DNA of 64,000 bases from Candidatus Levyibacteriota bacterium (GCA_043823085.1 JBDRBE010000001.1:113110-177109), one strand, 5' to 3'; counted from the first letter of the stretch, positions 8,427 to 19,179 are shown. Made by a program: numbers and translations. Notes: a model not told the origin generated them from the sequence alone.

Positions 8427-11400
8427 TTATACCTCTTCTTCCACTTTTGCTTCAACCCTGATTTGATCGGAGTCAACTCCATTTTTTTCGGAGTCAACGG
8501 GAATTAGTCTTCCAATAATAACGTTTTCTTTAAGACCAATCAAATAATCTTCTCGTCCTTCAAGAGCTGCATCAGTTAAGACCTTGGTTGTTTCCTGGAA
8601 TGAAGCAGCCGAAAGCCATGAATCCGAAAAAAGTGAAGCTTTAGTTATCCCTAAAATTACTTTTCTTCCTGTAGACGGCTCTCCACCTTGGGTAAGCATT
8701 TGGGCATTAATATCTTCCATCGAGGCTTTAGTGATGAAGTCGCCCGGAATTAATACAGTATCGCCGATTGTCTCAATAATAATCTTGTCAGACATTTTGC
8801 GCAAAATTACTTCAAAATGTTTATCGTTAATTGCAATTCCTTGAGATTCGTAAACTTTTTGGACTTCGTCAATAATATAACGCTGTGTAAAGGTTAAACC
8901 TTTAACCTTGAGAACTTCTTTGGGATCAAGATACCCTTCGGCAATAGGTGTTCCGGCAACAACCTCATCATTGTCGGAAATCAATAATTCGGAGGCCATT
9001 GGAATAAAGTATTCACGTTCTTCAACCGGCTTAATTTTGGTATTTCGAACCAAAACTGTGTATCCGTCTTCAGTTTTAGTAATGGTTGCTTTTCCGGTAA
9101 TTTCAGACACCGGTGAGAAACTCTTGGGAGTTCGCATTTCAAATAATTCCTCCACTCTTGGCAAACCTTGCGTTACGTCAGACATAACAACTCCTCCAAA
9201 ATGTCTTACCCGCATTGTAAGCTGTGTTCCCGGTTCTCCAATTGATTGCGCGGCAATAACTCCGACAGGAACACCAAAATCTACTATTTTCCGAGTTGAA
9301 AAATCCCAACCATAACAATGAGCGCAGATTCCGTATTTTAGTCTGCAAGTTAAAGGCGACCTGACAATAATTTCCGTAATATCGTTATTAACAATTTCTT
9401 TGGCTTTTTCCTCGGTGATTTCTTCGTTTTTCTTAACAATTGTTTTTCTTGTTTTTTTAGAAACAATATTTCCAGCGGCAAATCTTCCAATAATTCTTTC
9501 GCCAAAAGCGATTGTCCTTTCTTTTTGCCCGTCTTCAATAACAATTCCTTCTTCGGTACCACAATCTATATCGCGGATTATAACATCATGGGAAACATCA
9601 ACCAATCTTCTTGTTAAATATCCTGCATTTGCAGTTTTGAGCGCCGAATCGGTCAATCCTTTTCGAGAGCCTCTGGCTGAAGCCACATATTCAAAAATTG
9701 AAAGTCCTTCACGGAAATTAGATTTAATTGGAAGTTCAACAATTTTTCCTAAAGGATCAAGAATCAAACCCCTCATGGCCGATAACTGTTTTAGCTGTTC
9801 TTTGCCGGCTCTTGCTCCCTCAGAATCAATAATGGACTTAATCGCGTTTGTCTGCGAAAGATTATTCCAAGTTAGATCGGCAATAACATCTGTTGTTTTT
9901 AGCCAAACCTCATTGGATAGACGTTTCTTTTCTTCCCGCGTAATTAATCCTTTTTGATACTCTTCTTCAATTCTTCCAATTTTTATTTCTGCCTCGTCAA
10001 TAAGCTTGTCTTTTTCGGAAACCATGGTGTTATCAAAAACCGAAACGCTGATGCCCGAAACTGTTGCTGCGTAAAATCCAAGATTTTTAATATTATCGAT
10101 TAAATCGGCAACCTCTTTTGGCGAACACTCTGTTAGGGCTTTTGTAATAATTCTTTTAATACCCGAGGCTTTTACGGCTTCATTAATAAATCCCATAGAT
10201 TTTGGAAGAACCTCATTAAAAAGAAGTCTTCCGCAAGTTGTTTCAATAATTTTATCTTTAACACGAACATTAATTGGCTCGCGAAGCAAAATTTTATCAA
10301 AAGAATTAGCCAAAAGTGCCTCATTTAGACTGGCAAACGTAGGCATTGGATCTTTTCTGCTTGTTTGGTCTATAGAAGTCAAATAATATACTCCAAGGGC
10401 CATTTCTTTATTGGGAAGAGTAATTGGGCTTCCGTCGGCCGGTTTGAGTAAATTATGGCTTGGCATCATAAGTCTAATCGCTTCCTCTTGGGCTTTTTGC
10501 GAAAGAGGAATATGAACCGCCATTTGATCTCCGTCAAAATCAGCATTATAGCCTGCACAAACACAAGGATGAAGCTGAATAGCCGCTCCTTCAATTAGAA
10601 CCGGATAAAATCCTTGAATTCCAAGCTTATGAAGAGTCGGCGCGCGGTTTAGTAAAACCGGATGGTTCTTAGTAATTTCTTCCAAAATATCAAAAACTTC
10701 GGGCGGCCTCTTTTCGATATATCGTTTCGCCGACTTTATATTTGGCGCTAAATTCCTGATGATTACTTCCCGAAGAACAAAAGGTTTAAACATTTCCAGA
10801 GCCATTTCTTTTGGCAAACCGCATTGAGTTAAAGAAAGCTGGGGACCCACAACAATTACCGAACGTCCGGAATAATCAACTCTTTTACCTAAAAGATTTT
10901 GTCTAAATCTACCCTGTTTTCCTCTAAGCATGTCCGAGAGAGATCGAAGAGGTGCTGAAATAATCTGAACTCTTTGAGATGTATCAATTAATGAATCAAC
11001 TGATTCTTGAAGCATTCTCTTTTCGTTTCGAAGAATTATTTCTGGCGCGCCAAGTAAAATCAAATGCTTTAAACGATTATTTCGATTTATAATTCTTCTG
11101 TAAAGATCGTTTAAATCTGAGGTTGCAAAACGGCCTCCTGCAAGCTGTACCATTGGCCTTAAATCCGGCGGAATAACCGGAAGAGCAGTTAAAATTATTG
11201 ACCGAGGTGTAACTCCGGCCTTTTTCATAGCTTCGATAAGCCTAAGCCTTTTTACAATCTTTAAATATTTTGCACCGGATGACTTAGCAGCCTCTGCCCG
11301 GAGATGAGTAATAAGACTGGACATATCGATTTTTTCTAAAAGTTCCAAAAGAGCTTCGGCTCCGGTTTTAATGGTGAAGAAAACAGGAATTTCGTACTCT

Positions 11401-12179
11401 AAAAACTTAAAGTATTCCTCTTCCGAAAGAACGCTTCCCACCTTTAGACTTTTTAGAATTCGAAGCAAAACGTCGAAAATCTCATCAATTTTTTTCTCTT
11501 CCTCTTCGTAGTGCTTAGCAAGAGCAGTCATCTTTTGTCTTTTAGCAAATTCTATTTCTTCGGAAATAAATTTCTTTTGCTCTTTACCCGCTTTGACAAC
11601 CTTTGTATCTTTTTCTTTATCTCTTATTTCTAAATCAATTTTCTTTTCCTGCGTTTTTAATTCATCCATTAAAGCATCTTTTCTTTTCTCAATAATTTTT
11701 GTAAATACATCAAGCGCTTCCTCTTTTTTCTTTTCATCAATTCTGACCACCAAGAAAGATGCATAATAGACAACAGATTCAAGGTTTTTTTGTGCAATGT
11801 CCAAAATTAAAGACAAAGAAGAAGAAGGCCCTTTAAAGAACCAAACATGAGCAATAGGCGAAGAAAGAGTTAAATGACCCATGCGCTCGCGTCTGACTCT
11901 CGAAAGAGTCACTTCAACACCGCATTTGTCGCAGATTATCCCTCTATAGCGAATTCTCTTGTACTTTCCACAGTAACATTCCCAATCTTTAGTTGGGCCA
12001 AAAATTCGCTCATCAAATAAACCGTCTTTTTCCGGCCGTAAAGTTCGATAATTAATAGTCTCCGGTTTTGTAATTTCTCCATATGACCAATTAAGAATAT
12101 CGTCTTTGTTCGCCAATAAAATTTTAAGCGATTTAAAATCAACAATAGTCTGGTCTTTTGGTTTTTTTATATTATTCAT
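8427..12179 (-). CDS. rpoC: DNA-directed RNA polymerase subunit beta'
   Basis: NADFDGD catalytic motif, zinc-binding CxxC motifs, 1250 aa. Confidence 0.95.
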   Translation of the reverse strand: MNNIKKPKDQTIVDFKSLKILLANKDDILNWSYGEITKPETINYRTLRPEKDGLFDERIFGPTKDWECYCGKYKRIRYRGIICDKCGVEVTLSRVRRERMGHLTLSSPIAHVWFFKGPSSSLSLILDIAQKNLESVVYYASFLVVRIDEKKKEEALDVFTKIIEKRKDALMDELKTQEKKIDLEIRDKEKDTKVVKAGKEQKKFISEEIEFAKRQKMTALAKHYEEEEKKIDEIFDVLLRILKSLKVGSVLSEEEYFKFLEYEIPVFFTIKTGAEALLELLEKIDMSSLITHLRAEAAKSSGAKYLKIVKRLRLIEAMKKAGVTPRSIILTALPVIPPDLRPMVQLAGGRFATSDLNDLYRRIINRNNRLKHLILLGAPEIILRNEKRMLQESVDSLIDTSQRVQIISAPLRSLSDMLRGKQGRFRQNLLGKRVDYSGRSVIVVGPQLSLTQCGLPKEMALEMFKPFVLREVIIRNLAPNIKSAKRYIEKRPPEVFDILEEITKNHPVLLNRAPTLHKLGIQGFYPVLIEGAAIQLHPCVCAGYNADFDGDQMAVHIPLSQKAQEEAIRLMMPSHNLLKPADGSPITLPNKEMALGVYYLTSIDQTSRKDPMPTFASLNEALLANSFDKILLREPINVRVKDKIIETTCGRLLFNEVLPKSMGFINEAVKASGIKRIITKALTECSPKEVADLIDNIKNLGFYAATVSGISVSVFDNTMVSEKDKLIDEAEIKIGRIEEEYQKGLITREEKKRLSNEVWLKTTDVIADLTWNNLSQTNAIKSIIDSEGARAGKEQLKQLSAMRGLILDPLGKIVELPIKSNFREGLSIFEYVASARGSRKGLTDSALKTANAGYLTRRLVDVSHDVIIRDIDCGTEEGIVIEDGQKERTIAFGERIIGRFAAGNIVSKKTRKTIVKKNEEITEEKAKEIVNNDITEIIVRSPLTCRLKYGICAHCYGWDFSTRKIVDFGVPVGVIAAQSIGEPGTQLTMRVRHFGGVVMSDVTQGLPRVEELFEMRTPKSFSPVSEITGKATITKTEDGYTVLVRNTKIKPVEEREYFIPMASELLISDNDEVVAGTPIAEGYLDPKEVLKVKGLTFTQRYIIDEVQKVYESQGIAINDKHFEVILRKMSDKIIIETIGDTVLIPGDFITKASMEDINAQMLTQGGEPSTGRKVILGITKASLFSDSWLSAASFQETTKVLTDAALEGREDYLIGLKENVIIGRLIPVDSEKNGVDSDQIRVEAKVEEEV

Positions 12180-15100
12180 TATTTGTTACCTCTGCTTCCT
12201 CAATATTTGAATCTTTGATATTTTCAAGCGCAACTTCTCCTCCGCCAAGAGTCTTTACAAGTTCTTTCGCTTCTGCCTCAATTTTTTCTTCTTTTGCAAT
12301 TTCAAGCATACTTTTTTCAACAATTTCCGGCACCTGACTTTGTTCAAGCGAAACAGTAGCGCCAATTGGAACAACATTTAATGACAATGCCTGAAGTTCT
12401 TTAATTAAAACTTTAAATGATTCAGGAACTTTTGGCGTAGGAATATCTACGCCCTTAACAATAGCTTCAAAAGCCTTGGCTCTTCCCACAATATCGTCTG
12501 ATTTTATAGTTAACATTTCCTGCAAGATATACCTTGCCCTATGTGCTTCAAGCGCCCAAACTTCCATTTCTCCAAGCCGCTGTCCTCCCATTTGGGCCTT
12601 TCCTCCAAGCGGTTGTTGAGTAACCAATGAGTACGGACCCGTTGAGCGGGCATGAGTTTTATCCTCAACCATATGAATTAATTTCATAATATATTCTATT
12701 CCAACTACAACTGAATTTTCATATGCTTTGCCTGTTCGGCCGTCAAAAAGTGTTGTCTTTCCATCTTGTGACATTCCCGCTTTTTTAAGAAGATCTGTAA
12801 TCTTTTCTTCGCTAATTTTTTCAAAAACCGGAGCGGCGATTTTCATACCAAGTTTTTTGGCCGCAAGCCCCAAATGTGCTTCAAGAAGCTGTCCAAGATT
12901 CATACGGGCCAAAACCGAAATTGGCGAAATAACAATATCAACCGGAGTCCCATCTACCAAATAAGGCATGTCCGCTTGCGGTAAAATTTTTGAAATAACT
13001 CCTTTATTCCCGTGTCTTCCGGCAAGCTTATCTCCAACCACCACATGTCTAAATTGCGCAACTTCAACAATAATTTTTCGAATCATGCCCGGTTCAAGCT
13101 CGTCGCCTTTTTTACGATCTAAAATCTGAACATTAATAACAGTTCCTCTTTCTCCGTGAGGCATACGAAGCGATGTGTCACGGATCTCTCTTGCCTGCTC
13201 ACCAAAAATAGCCCGCAACAACCTTTCTTCTGCTGTTAACTCTGTTTCGCCTTTTGGTGCAATTTTACCAACTAAAATATCTCCCGGCTCAACTTCACTT
13301 CCAACAACCACAATTCCATCCTCATCAAGATTGGCCAAATCCTCTTCGGAAATATTTGGAATGTCGCGGGTTGTTTCTTCTACTCCAAGTTTCGTTTCAA
13401 CTACCGCCGCCTCGTATTTTTCAATGTGTATTGAAGATAAAATATCTTCCTTAACTAATCTTTCTGAAATAACAATAGCATCCTCATAACCTAATCCATC
13501 AAGTGACGTATAGGCAATAATTAAATTTTGTCCAAGAGCCAATTCTCCGTTATCCGAAGCCGGTCCATCAATAATGATATCGCCTTTTTTAACTTTTTGA
13601 TTGATGGCAATTAAAGGTCTTTGAGTATAAGCGGTCGCCTGTGAAGTTCTTGAAAACGTATGCAAACGATAAGTTGTCTTTTGATCTTTTGTTCCTTCTA
13701 ATACCACAATATTGCCGTCAACTGCTGTAATTTTTCCGTCAAATGGAGCTTTAACGACTCTTCCCATAACCTCGGAAACCACATGTTCCATTCCGGTTCC
13801 AACTGTTGGAGCACTTGGACAAACCAGTGGAACAGCCTGACACTGCATATGGGTTCCCATAAGCGCACGGTTTGCTTCATCGTGGGAAACAAAAGGAATT
13901 AATGACGCCGCGCTTCCAACTACTTGACGAGGAGTTACATCAACAAAATCTATTTTTTCTTTTTCAATTTCCAAAAACTCGCCATTATATCTTGCCGGAA
14001 CCCTGTCTTGAGAAATAATATCATTCTCATCTAAATCCATTGCGTGAGTAATATAATGGTTTAGCTCATCATCGGCTGAAAGATAAAAAATTTCATCGGT
14101 TGCTCTAATAATATTTTTTTTACCTTTCTTTTCTTTAACGACTCTTCTGTAAGGCGCTTCCAAAAAACCATATTTATTAATTCTGGAATACAAAGCCATA
14201 TAAGTGACCAATCCAATGTTTGGACCTTCGGGAGAGCGAATCGGACAAATTCGGCTGTATTGAGAACTGTTGATATCACGGATTGAAAAGGCCGCCCGCT
14301 CTCTTGAAATTCCGCCCGTTCCCATCACTGTTAAACGATTTAAGTTGTCAATTTCGGATAAAGGATTTGTTTGATCTAAAATAGTTGATAATTGAGAGGT
14401 TCTAAAAAATTCGTTAATTGAGGCCATAATTGGACGCGCATTAATTAAATTATAAATTTGAACCGGAACATCCGGTTGAATAAGACTCATTCTTTCTTTG
14501 ATGCTTCTCTCAAGTCTTAAAACTCCGACTCTAAAAGCAGTTGTTGCAACCAATTCTCCAACGCTTCGAACACGCCTATTGGCAAGACTGTCAATATCAT
14601 CAACTTCACCTGTACCTTGAGAAAGCAAAATCAAATAACTAATAGAGGCAATAATATCATCTATTGTTAAAACATGAGTATCTGAAGCTTTGAAGCCAGG
14701 AGTTTTATCCAATTTTTTATTCATTTTATATCTTCCCACCATTCCAAGATTATATCGACGGTTATTGAAAAAGAGACCGTTAAAACTTTCTTTAATTTTT
14801 TCAAGAACTACTGGTTCTCCTGGATGCATTTTCTTAAAAATTTCAATTACAGCTTCTCCCTCGCTTTGAGTTTCATCTTTTGCGAGAGTATTATCGATAA
14901 ATGATTTTTTATCGGAAGGCAATAAGTCTTTAAATTTTTCCTTTATTTCTTCGTCAGAAGAAACACCAATAGCCCTAAGAAAAGTTGTGACCAAAAACTT
15001 TCTTCGTCTATCAATTTTAACCATGACTGTATCATGTCTTGTGGTAACAAATTCAAGCCAAGAACCATGAATTGGCCTTATTTCGGCCGAATGAAGGGTT

Positions 15101-15561
15101 TTTCCGGTAACTTGATCGGCAACAGCTGTAAAAAATACACCCGGAGATCTAACTAATTGATTAACAACTGCTCTTTCTATACCATTAATAATAAAAGTCC
15201 CCCGTTCTGTCATTTGGGGGATGTCTCCTAAAAAGACCTCCTGCTTAATAGTCTTTCCGGTCTTCTTATTAGTGAGAGTAGTTTTAACGTTAAGAGGAAT
15301 ATCAAAAGTAATACCTTTGATGAGAGCGTTTTCCGGCGTTGTCGATGCTTTGCCAAAGCGGTATTCATCCAGCGAAAGACTCCAGTTTTTTTCGGTAAAA
15401 TCGTCAATAGGAGAAACTTCCTTTAAAATCTCGGGTATGGCGACTTCCTTAAACCATCTATATGATTCTTTTTGAACGGAAAGGAGATCAAGCTTAGGCA
15501 GTATTTTATAAAATCTTCCCCAGTTCTGTCTAGTGTTATCTTTCTTGTCGGTCTTTGGCAT
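12172..15561 (-). CDS. rpoB: DNA-directed RNA polymerase subunit beta
   Basis: 1129 aa with conserved beta-subunit blocks; overlaps rpoC by 8 nt. Confidence 0.95.
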   Translation of the reverse strand: MPKTDKKDNTRQNWGRFYKILPKLDLLSVQKESYRWFKEVAIPEILKEVSPIDDFTEKNWSLSLDEYRFGKASTTPENALIKGITFDIPLNVKTTLTNKKTGKTIKQEVFLGDIPQMTERGTFIINGIERAVVNQLVRSPGVFFTAVADQVTGKTLHSAEIRPIHGSWLEFVTTRHDTVMVKIDRRRKFLVTTFLRAIGVSSDEEIKEKFKDLLPSDKKSFIDNTLAKDETQSEGEAVIEIFKKMHPGEPVVLEKIKESFNGLFFNNRRYNLGMVGRYKMNKKLDKTPGFKASDTHVLTIDDIIASISYLILLSQGTGEVDDIDSLANRRVRSVGELVATTAFRVGVLRLERSIKERMSLIQPDVPVQIYNLINARPIMASINEFFRTSQLSTILDQTNPLSEIDNLNRLTVMGTGGISRERAAFSIRDINSSQYSRICPIRSPEGPNIGLVTYMALYSRINKYGFLEAPYRRVVKEKKGKKNIIRATDEIFYLSADDELNHYITHAMDLDENDIISQDRVPARYNGEFLEIEKEKIDFVDVTPRQVVGSAASLIPFVSHDEANRALMGTHMQCQAVPLVCPSAPTVGTGMEHVVSEVMGRVVKAPFDGKITAVDGNIVVLEGTKDQKTTYRLHTFSRTSQATAYTQRPLIAINQKVKKGDIIIDGPASDNGELALGQNLIIAYTSLDGLGYEDAIVISERLVKEDILSSIHIEKYEAAVVETKLGVEETTRDIPNISEEDLANLDEDGIVVVGSEVEPGDILVGKIAPKGETELTAEERLLRAIFGEQAREIRDTSLRMPHGERGTVINVQILDRKKGDELEPGMIRKIIVEVAQFRHVVVGDKLAGRHGNKGVISKILPQADMPYLVDGTPVDIVISPISVLARMNLGQLLEAHLGLAAKKLGMKIAAPVFEKISEEKITDLLKKAGMSQDGKTTLFDGRTGKAYENSVVVGIEYIMKLIHMVEDKTHARSTGPYSLVTQQPLGGKAQMGGQRLGEMEVWALEAHRARYILQEMLTIKSDDIVGRAKAFEAIVKGVDIPTPKVPESFKVLIKELQALSLNVVPIGATVSLEQSQVPEIVEKSMLEIAKEEKIEAEAKELVKTLGGGEVALENIKDSNIEEAEVTNNE

Positions 15562-15721
15562 TTAAAAATAATTTCGAGAGGGCAACCCTTTATACAATAA
15601 AAACCCTCGGTGAATCCACCTTTTTAGATCTTAAAACTAAAGTGCTTTGTGTATAACATATTATTTACAGCTCTGTCAATAACCTATAGTATATTACTGC
15701 TAGCAGATGTATTTTTTTATT

Positions 15722-15890
15722 TGGCGGGGGGGCCTTTTCATGAGATGATGTAAGATTACCGCGAGGAGGCATAAAATTTTCGCAGTTCGCATCTTTGCGA
15801 GCGACGCTACGTTGATGAGCAGATTGAGACCGATCGCGAGAGAAACTGCGGAACAAGAAAATTTTTGTGCCGACCTAAGCGGCACCAACG
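15722..15890. other. GC-rich structured intergenic segment (candidate ncRNA or leader) with a G8 tract
   Basis: A local GC spike in an AT-rich divergent intergenic region between rpoB and the trxB-like gene. Contains hairpin gtgccg-acctaag-cggcac and several other stems. Small ORFs called here lack coding character. Confidence 0.25.
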
Positions 15891-15915
15891 GATTTATTTA
15901 TGCTAAAATGATTAT

Positions 15916-16893
15916 ATGTACGATTTGATTATTGTCGGTTCTGGGCCTTCGGGACTCACCGCTTCAATTTACGCTTCCTGCTTTGCTCTAAATCATTTAG
16001 TAATTGGAAAAGTTTTGGGCGGACAAATGTCTTTGGCTCACAATATTCTAAATTACCCGGGTTTTGAAAATATTACAGGCATGGAATTGACAGAAAAAAT
16101 GGCCTCGCAAGTAAAGCTAAGAGGCGGACAGATTATTAATGATTCCGTAATTAAAATAGAGAAGGTTGACGATTTTTTAAAATTAAATACTGAAAGCGGA
16201 AAAAATTATGAGACAAAAACCATAATTTTGGCAAGCGGCACAGAAAAAAAGAAATTAAATGTTAAAGGAGAAGCACAATATTCAGGAAAAGGCGTTTCTT
16301 ACTGCACGCCTTGCGACAGTTTCGATATTCAAGATAAAATTTGCGCCATTGTAGGAGGCGCAAACTCTGCTGTAAGTTCGGCAATTACTGTTTCGCAAAA
16401 AGCAAAAAAAGTCTACCTTATTTATAGGGGTGAGAGTTTACGCGCTGATCCACTTTGGCTTGAACAATTAAAAAATAATTCAAAAATTGAAGTAATTTAT
16501 CAAAGTACGGTTGGTGAAATTACAGGCAACGGACAAAAAGTAACTGGAATAAAATTAAATTCGGTAAACTCCAGTGTTCTAAACCGTCCCAACACCCCTA
16601 ATGAATTAGCTGTTGATAAAATTTTTATTGAAATCGGCGGAGTTCCAGGCACTGCTCTTTTAATTCCTTTGGGAGTTGCAACCGACCAAGGAGGATATAT
16701 AAAAGTTGATGAAAATCTTTCGACAAATGTCCCTGGAATTTTTGCGGCAGGAGATGTAATAAGTTACAAATTATCTATTGAACAAATATGTTCTGCTGTC
16801 GGTCTTGGGGCAAGAGGCGCTACATCTTGTTTTGCTTATCTTAAAGGCCAAAAACCCCCCTCTCTCTGGGGCGAAAGCCAGATTAAGAGGTAA
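15916..16893 (+). CDS. trxB: thioredoxin reductase-like FAD/NAD(P) disulfide oxidoreductase
   Basis: GSGPSG FAD motif, redox CxxC (CTPC), second GGANSAV dinucleotide fold, 325 aa. Extended -10 TGcTAAAAT ends 7 nt before the ATG, so possibly a leaderless mRNA. Confidence 0.7.
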   Translation: MYDLIIVGSGPSGLTASIYASCFALNHLVIGKVLGGQMSLAHNILNYPGFENITGMELTEKMASQVKLRGGQIINDSVIKIEKVDDFLKLNTESGKNYETKTIILASGTEKKKLNVKGEAQYSGKGVSYCTPCDSFDIQDKICAIVGGANSAVSSAITVSQKAKKVYLIYRGESLRADPLWLEQLKNNSKIEVIYQSTVGEITGNGQKVTGIKLNSVNSSVLNRPNTPNELAVDKIFIEIGGVPGTALLIPLGVATDQGGYIKVDENLSTNVPGIFAAGDVISYKLSIEQICSAVGLGARGATSCFAYLKGQKPPSLWGESQIKR

Positions 16894-16904
16894 AATTTTG
16901 AAAT

Positions 16905-17906
16905 TTATTGTGGGGCTTTTGGAGCGGAAGCTGCTTCTGCTCTTTTTTTCATTATATTAAAAAGCTTGGCCAAATCAACATCTGGATATTTTTTTAAACA
17001 ATCTCGGCATAAAATAACTGCTTCTTTAAAATGAAAATAAATTACTAAATCCATCTCGGCTTCAAATTCTTCCAACTGTTGTTTTTGAACTTTAAAAATA
17101 AACATTATGACTTCGGCGACAAATACAGGAATCTTATCCCGATTACAGTCAACGCTATTAACAACCTCCCTCTTCGCAACTAAATCTGCCAATTCAGAAA
17201 GCCTTTGCTCATCCCATGTTCTAACAACTTCTAACTGTTCATCCGTAATCTTTGACATTTCTTCTATTGCATTCTCTCTTCTTATAACTTCCTCATCTAC
17301 CATTTTTTTTGCGTCTTCGATGCCATGCGGTACAACTCTGCCGCCTTTGTCACGCGCAAAAATTATTGTTTGCGGCTGTGTAGAAGCAGAATCTTTTGGT
17401 AAAGGGCGTTTTCCAAATTTTTCTGGTAATTTTTTACTAATTTTTCTTTCTTTTACTCTTGAGGCATTTCCTTTTTGTGCAAGCGGCTTGGGATCATGAA
17501 ATAATTCTGCCAAAGGATGTGAATTCAGGACTCTCCGCGCTTCTATAACTCCTTCTCTTGGATCTGTTTTCCAAACAGAATGATAGACAGCTAAAGCCCT
17601 TATCATGTCTTGCGTTGCGTACAAACGATCTCGTCTTCCATGTCTCTTCCTCTCAAATTCAATAATTCCCAAGCTTCGTACCAACTCATAAATACTGTTT
17701 GCCTGCCATGATTCCATTCTAAAGGCTTCAGAAAAATTTCTATGAATCTGGCTACAAGGAGTGGGCCAAATTTCTATCTCTTTTATTCGCTTGTCAACTC
17801 TTTTTAAAACCTCTTTCGTATTAGAATTTAATATGCAGTCATAATTAGTATGTAATTCTTGTTTTCTCGAAAAAGCCATATTAAACACTTCTTTTAAGAT
17901 TCTCAT
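16905..17906 (-). CDS. hypothetical protein (333 aa)
   Basis: Long ORF, last gene of a four-gene minus-strand cluster; no family recognised. Confidence 0.4.
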   Translation of the reverse strand: MRILKEVFNMAFSRKQELHTNYDCILNSNTKEVLKRVDKRIKEIEIWPTPCSQIHRNFSEAFRMESWQANSIYELVRSLGIIEFERKRHGRRDRLYATQDMIRALAVYHSVWKTDPREGVIEARRVLNSHPLAELFHDPKPLAQKGNASRVKERKISKKLPEKFGKRPLPKDSASTQPQTIIFARDKGGRVVPHGIEDAKKMVDEEVIRRENAIEEMSKITDEQLEVVRTWDEQRLSELADLVAKREVVNSVDCNRDKIPVFVAEVIMFIFKVQKQQLEEFEAEMDLVIYFHFKEAVILCRDCLKKYPDVDLAKLFNIMKKRAEAASAPKAPQ

Positions 17907-17950
17907 AAATGTTTAACGTGGATCATGACACTTTTTACCAGATTAATCAA

Positions 17951-18565
17951 CTATTCTTCAAATGTCATTTTTTGGTAGATTTTGCGGGTTACTTCAACAT
18001 CTTTTCGGCAGTACTGGCAAATTTCTTTTATTTTTCCGTCTTTGAATGCTTTTGCGACATCTTTTCCCTCCATTCCTCCTTCTTTTGGCGAGGAAAAACC
18101 CAATGCTTTGGAAAGGGCATGAAGAGAAATTTTAGAAAAAGTATTCCATTTGCTCCATTCATACATCACATCATAAATCGGATTATTTCTGTATCTTGCA
18201 AAATTAAGCCACTGGGTTGGCCTTACTCCAAGAATTATTGAACGCTGATAAATAAATCTTAAATCAAAATCCATGACATTAAAGCCGATAAATAAATCTA
18301 TATTTCTGGCAATCTCCCAAAAACTTTTTAGAATTTCTTTTTCGTTTCCGGATAATGATTTTACTTCTCCGCCATCAATCGCGTAAGATAAACAAACAAT
18401 TCTGCCAAAAGACCCGTCAAAAGTTGTCGCTTCCAAATACTCTGCAAATGAACCGACTTTTTTACCATCGGCCAGTCTTTTCCTGTGAATTTGGCGTAAA
18501 ACTTCATGCTGTTCTTCTCCGGCCGGAACAGTTTCGATATCCAAAAATAATTTTTTCATAAGCAT
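17951..18565 (-). CDS. predicted 3'-5' exonuclease, PolB-exonuclease-like (DEDD, RNase H fold)
   Basis: Exo I LFLDIETVP, Exo II FNVMDFDLRFI, Exo III YCRKDVEVT, as in the PF10108-type predicted exonucleases. Confidence 0.55.
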   Translation of the reverse strand: MLMKKLFLDIETVPAGEEQHEVLRQIHRKRLADGKKVGSFAEYLEATTFDGSFGRIVCLSYAIDGGEVKSLSGNEKEILKSFWEIARNIDLFIGFNVMDFDLRFIYQRSIILGVRPTQWLNFARYRNNPIYDVMYEWSKWNTFSKISLHALSKALGFSSPKEGGMEGKDVAKAFKDGKIKEICQYCRKDVEVTRKIYQKMTFEE

Positions 18566-18647
18566 TTCATTTTACCATAATTACTGCAAATTACCGAATT
18601 AAAAGAATTTATGACGGGGTTATACTAAGCCAATCATCGGGAAGAAC

Positions 18648-19154
18648 TCATAGATAAAGATAAGCTTTAAATACTCTTCCTGCTATTGAGCTGGCAAACT
18701 TTTCGTCTTTGGATGAAAGAAAAACATTTTGATCACATCCAAATCTTATGGTTTCTATACATTCTGGATTATAATTATCCCTATCCAAATCCCCTTCCTC
18801 AGGCAGAAAATAGATTACCCCTCGGTCATGCTGTGGACCTTTTAACCTAAAAACAGCTATTTTTAATGCAGTACCGAATTCTGTAAGATAATTCGATCTT
18901 TGAGTTACCGCATTTTCTTGCACTCCTCCCAAAAGTCCTATCATTGACGAACAAAACTCATTCCAGTCTTTTCCTCCAAAATTGTTTTTTACAACTAACA
19001 GCTGACATCTCTTTTTCAATTTTTCCTTTTCCATCCCTTTAGCCGGCTCTATCGGACGAGGAAATTGTGGTGCTTCTTCTGACCTTTGTGAAAACAGACC
19101 GAAATAACGGACTGCACCTGCTATTAATCTCGCAGATATCGCTTCGTAACTCAT
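18648..19154 (-). CDS. hypothetical protein (169 aa from M at 19154; ORF open to 19325)
   Basis: Coding-like only from MSYEAISARLIAG onward; the upstream portion of this frame is Leu/Ile-rich noise. May be the C-terminal part of a gene frameshifted from 19180..19566. Confidence 0.35.
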   Translation of the reverse strand: MSYEAISARLIAGAVRYFGLFSQRSEEAPQFPRPIEPAKGMEKEKLKKRCQLLVVKNNFGGKDWNEFCSSMIGLLGGVQENAVTQRSNYLTEFGTALKIAVFRLKGPQHDRGVIYFLPEEGDLDRDNYNPECIETIRFGCDQNVFLSSKDEKFASSIAGRVFKAYLYL

Positions 19155-19179
19155 AGATATTGATATGAGGATTAAATCA

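Noticed and set aside
8584-9957. Several plus-strand ORFs (8584..8844, 8908..9315, 9400..9957) and similar ones inside rpoB, fusA, pnp and clp
   Set aside because: They are antisense to long, clearly real genes and have low-complexity Ser/Ile-rich translations; standard shadow ORFs.
15665-15888. Two overlapping 62-63 aa minus-strand ORFs in the rpoB/trxB intergenic region
   Set aside because: They lie in a GC-rich hairpin-dense segment with no ribosome-binding site and Arg/Ser-rich composition typical of GC-driven noise. Better interpreted as non-coding structured DNA or RNA.
17909-18241. 110-aa plus-strand ORF
   Set aside because: Antisense to the DEDD exonuclease gene, Phe-rich compositional ORF.
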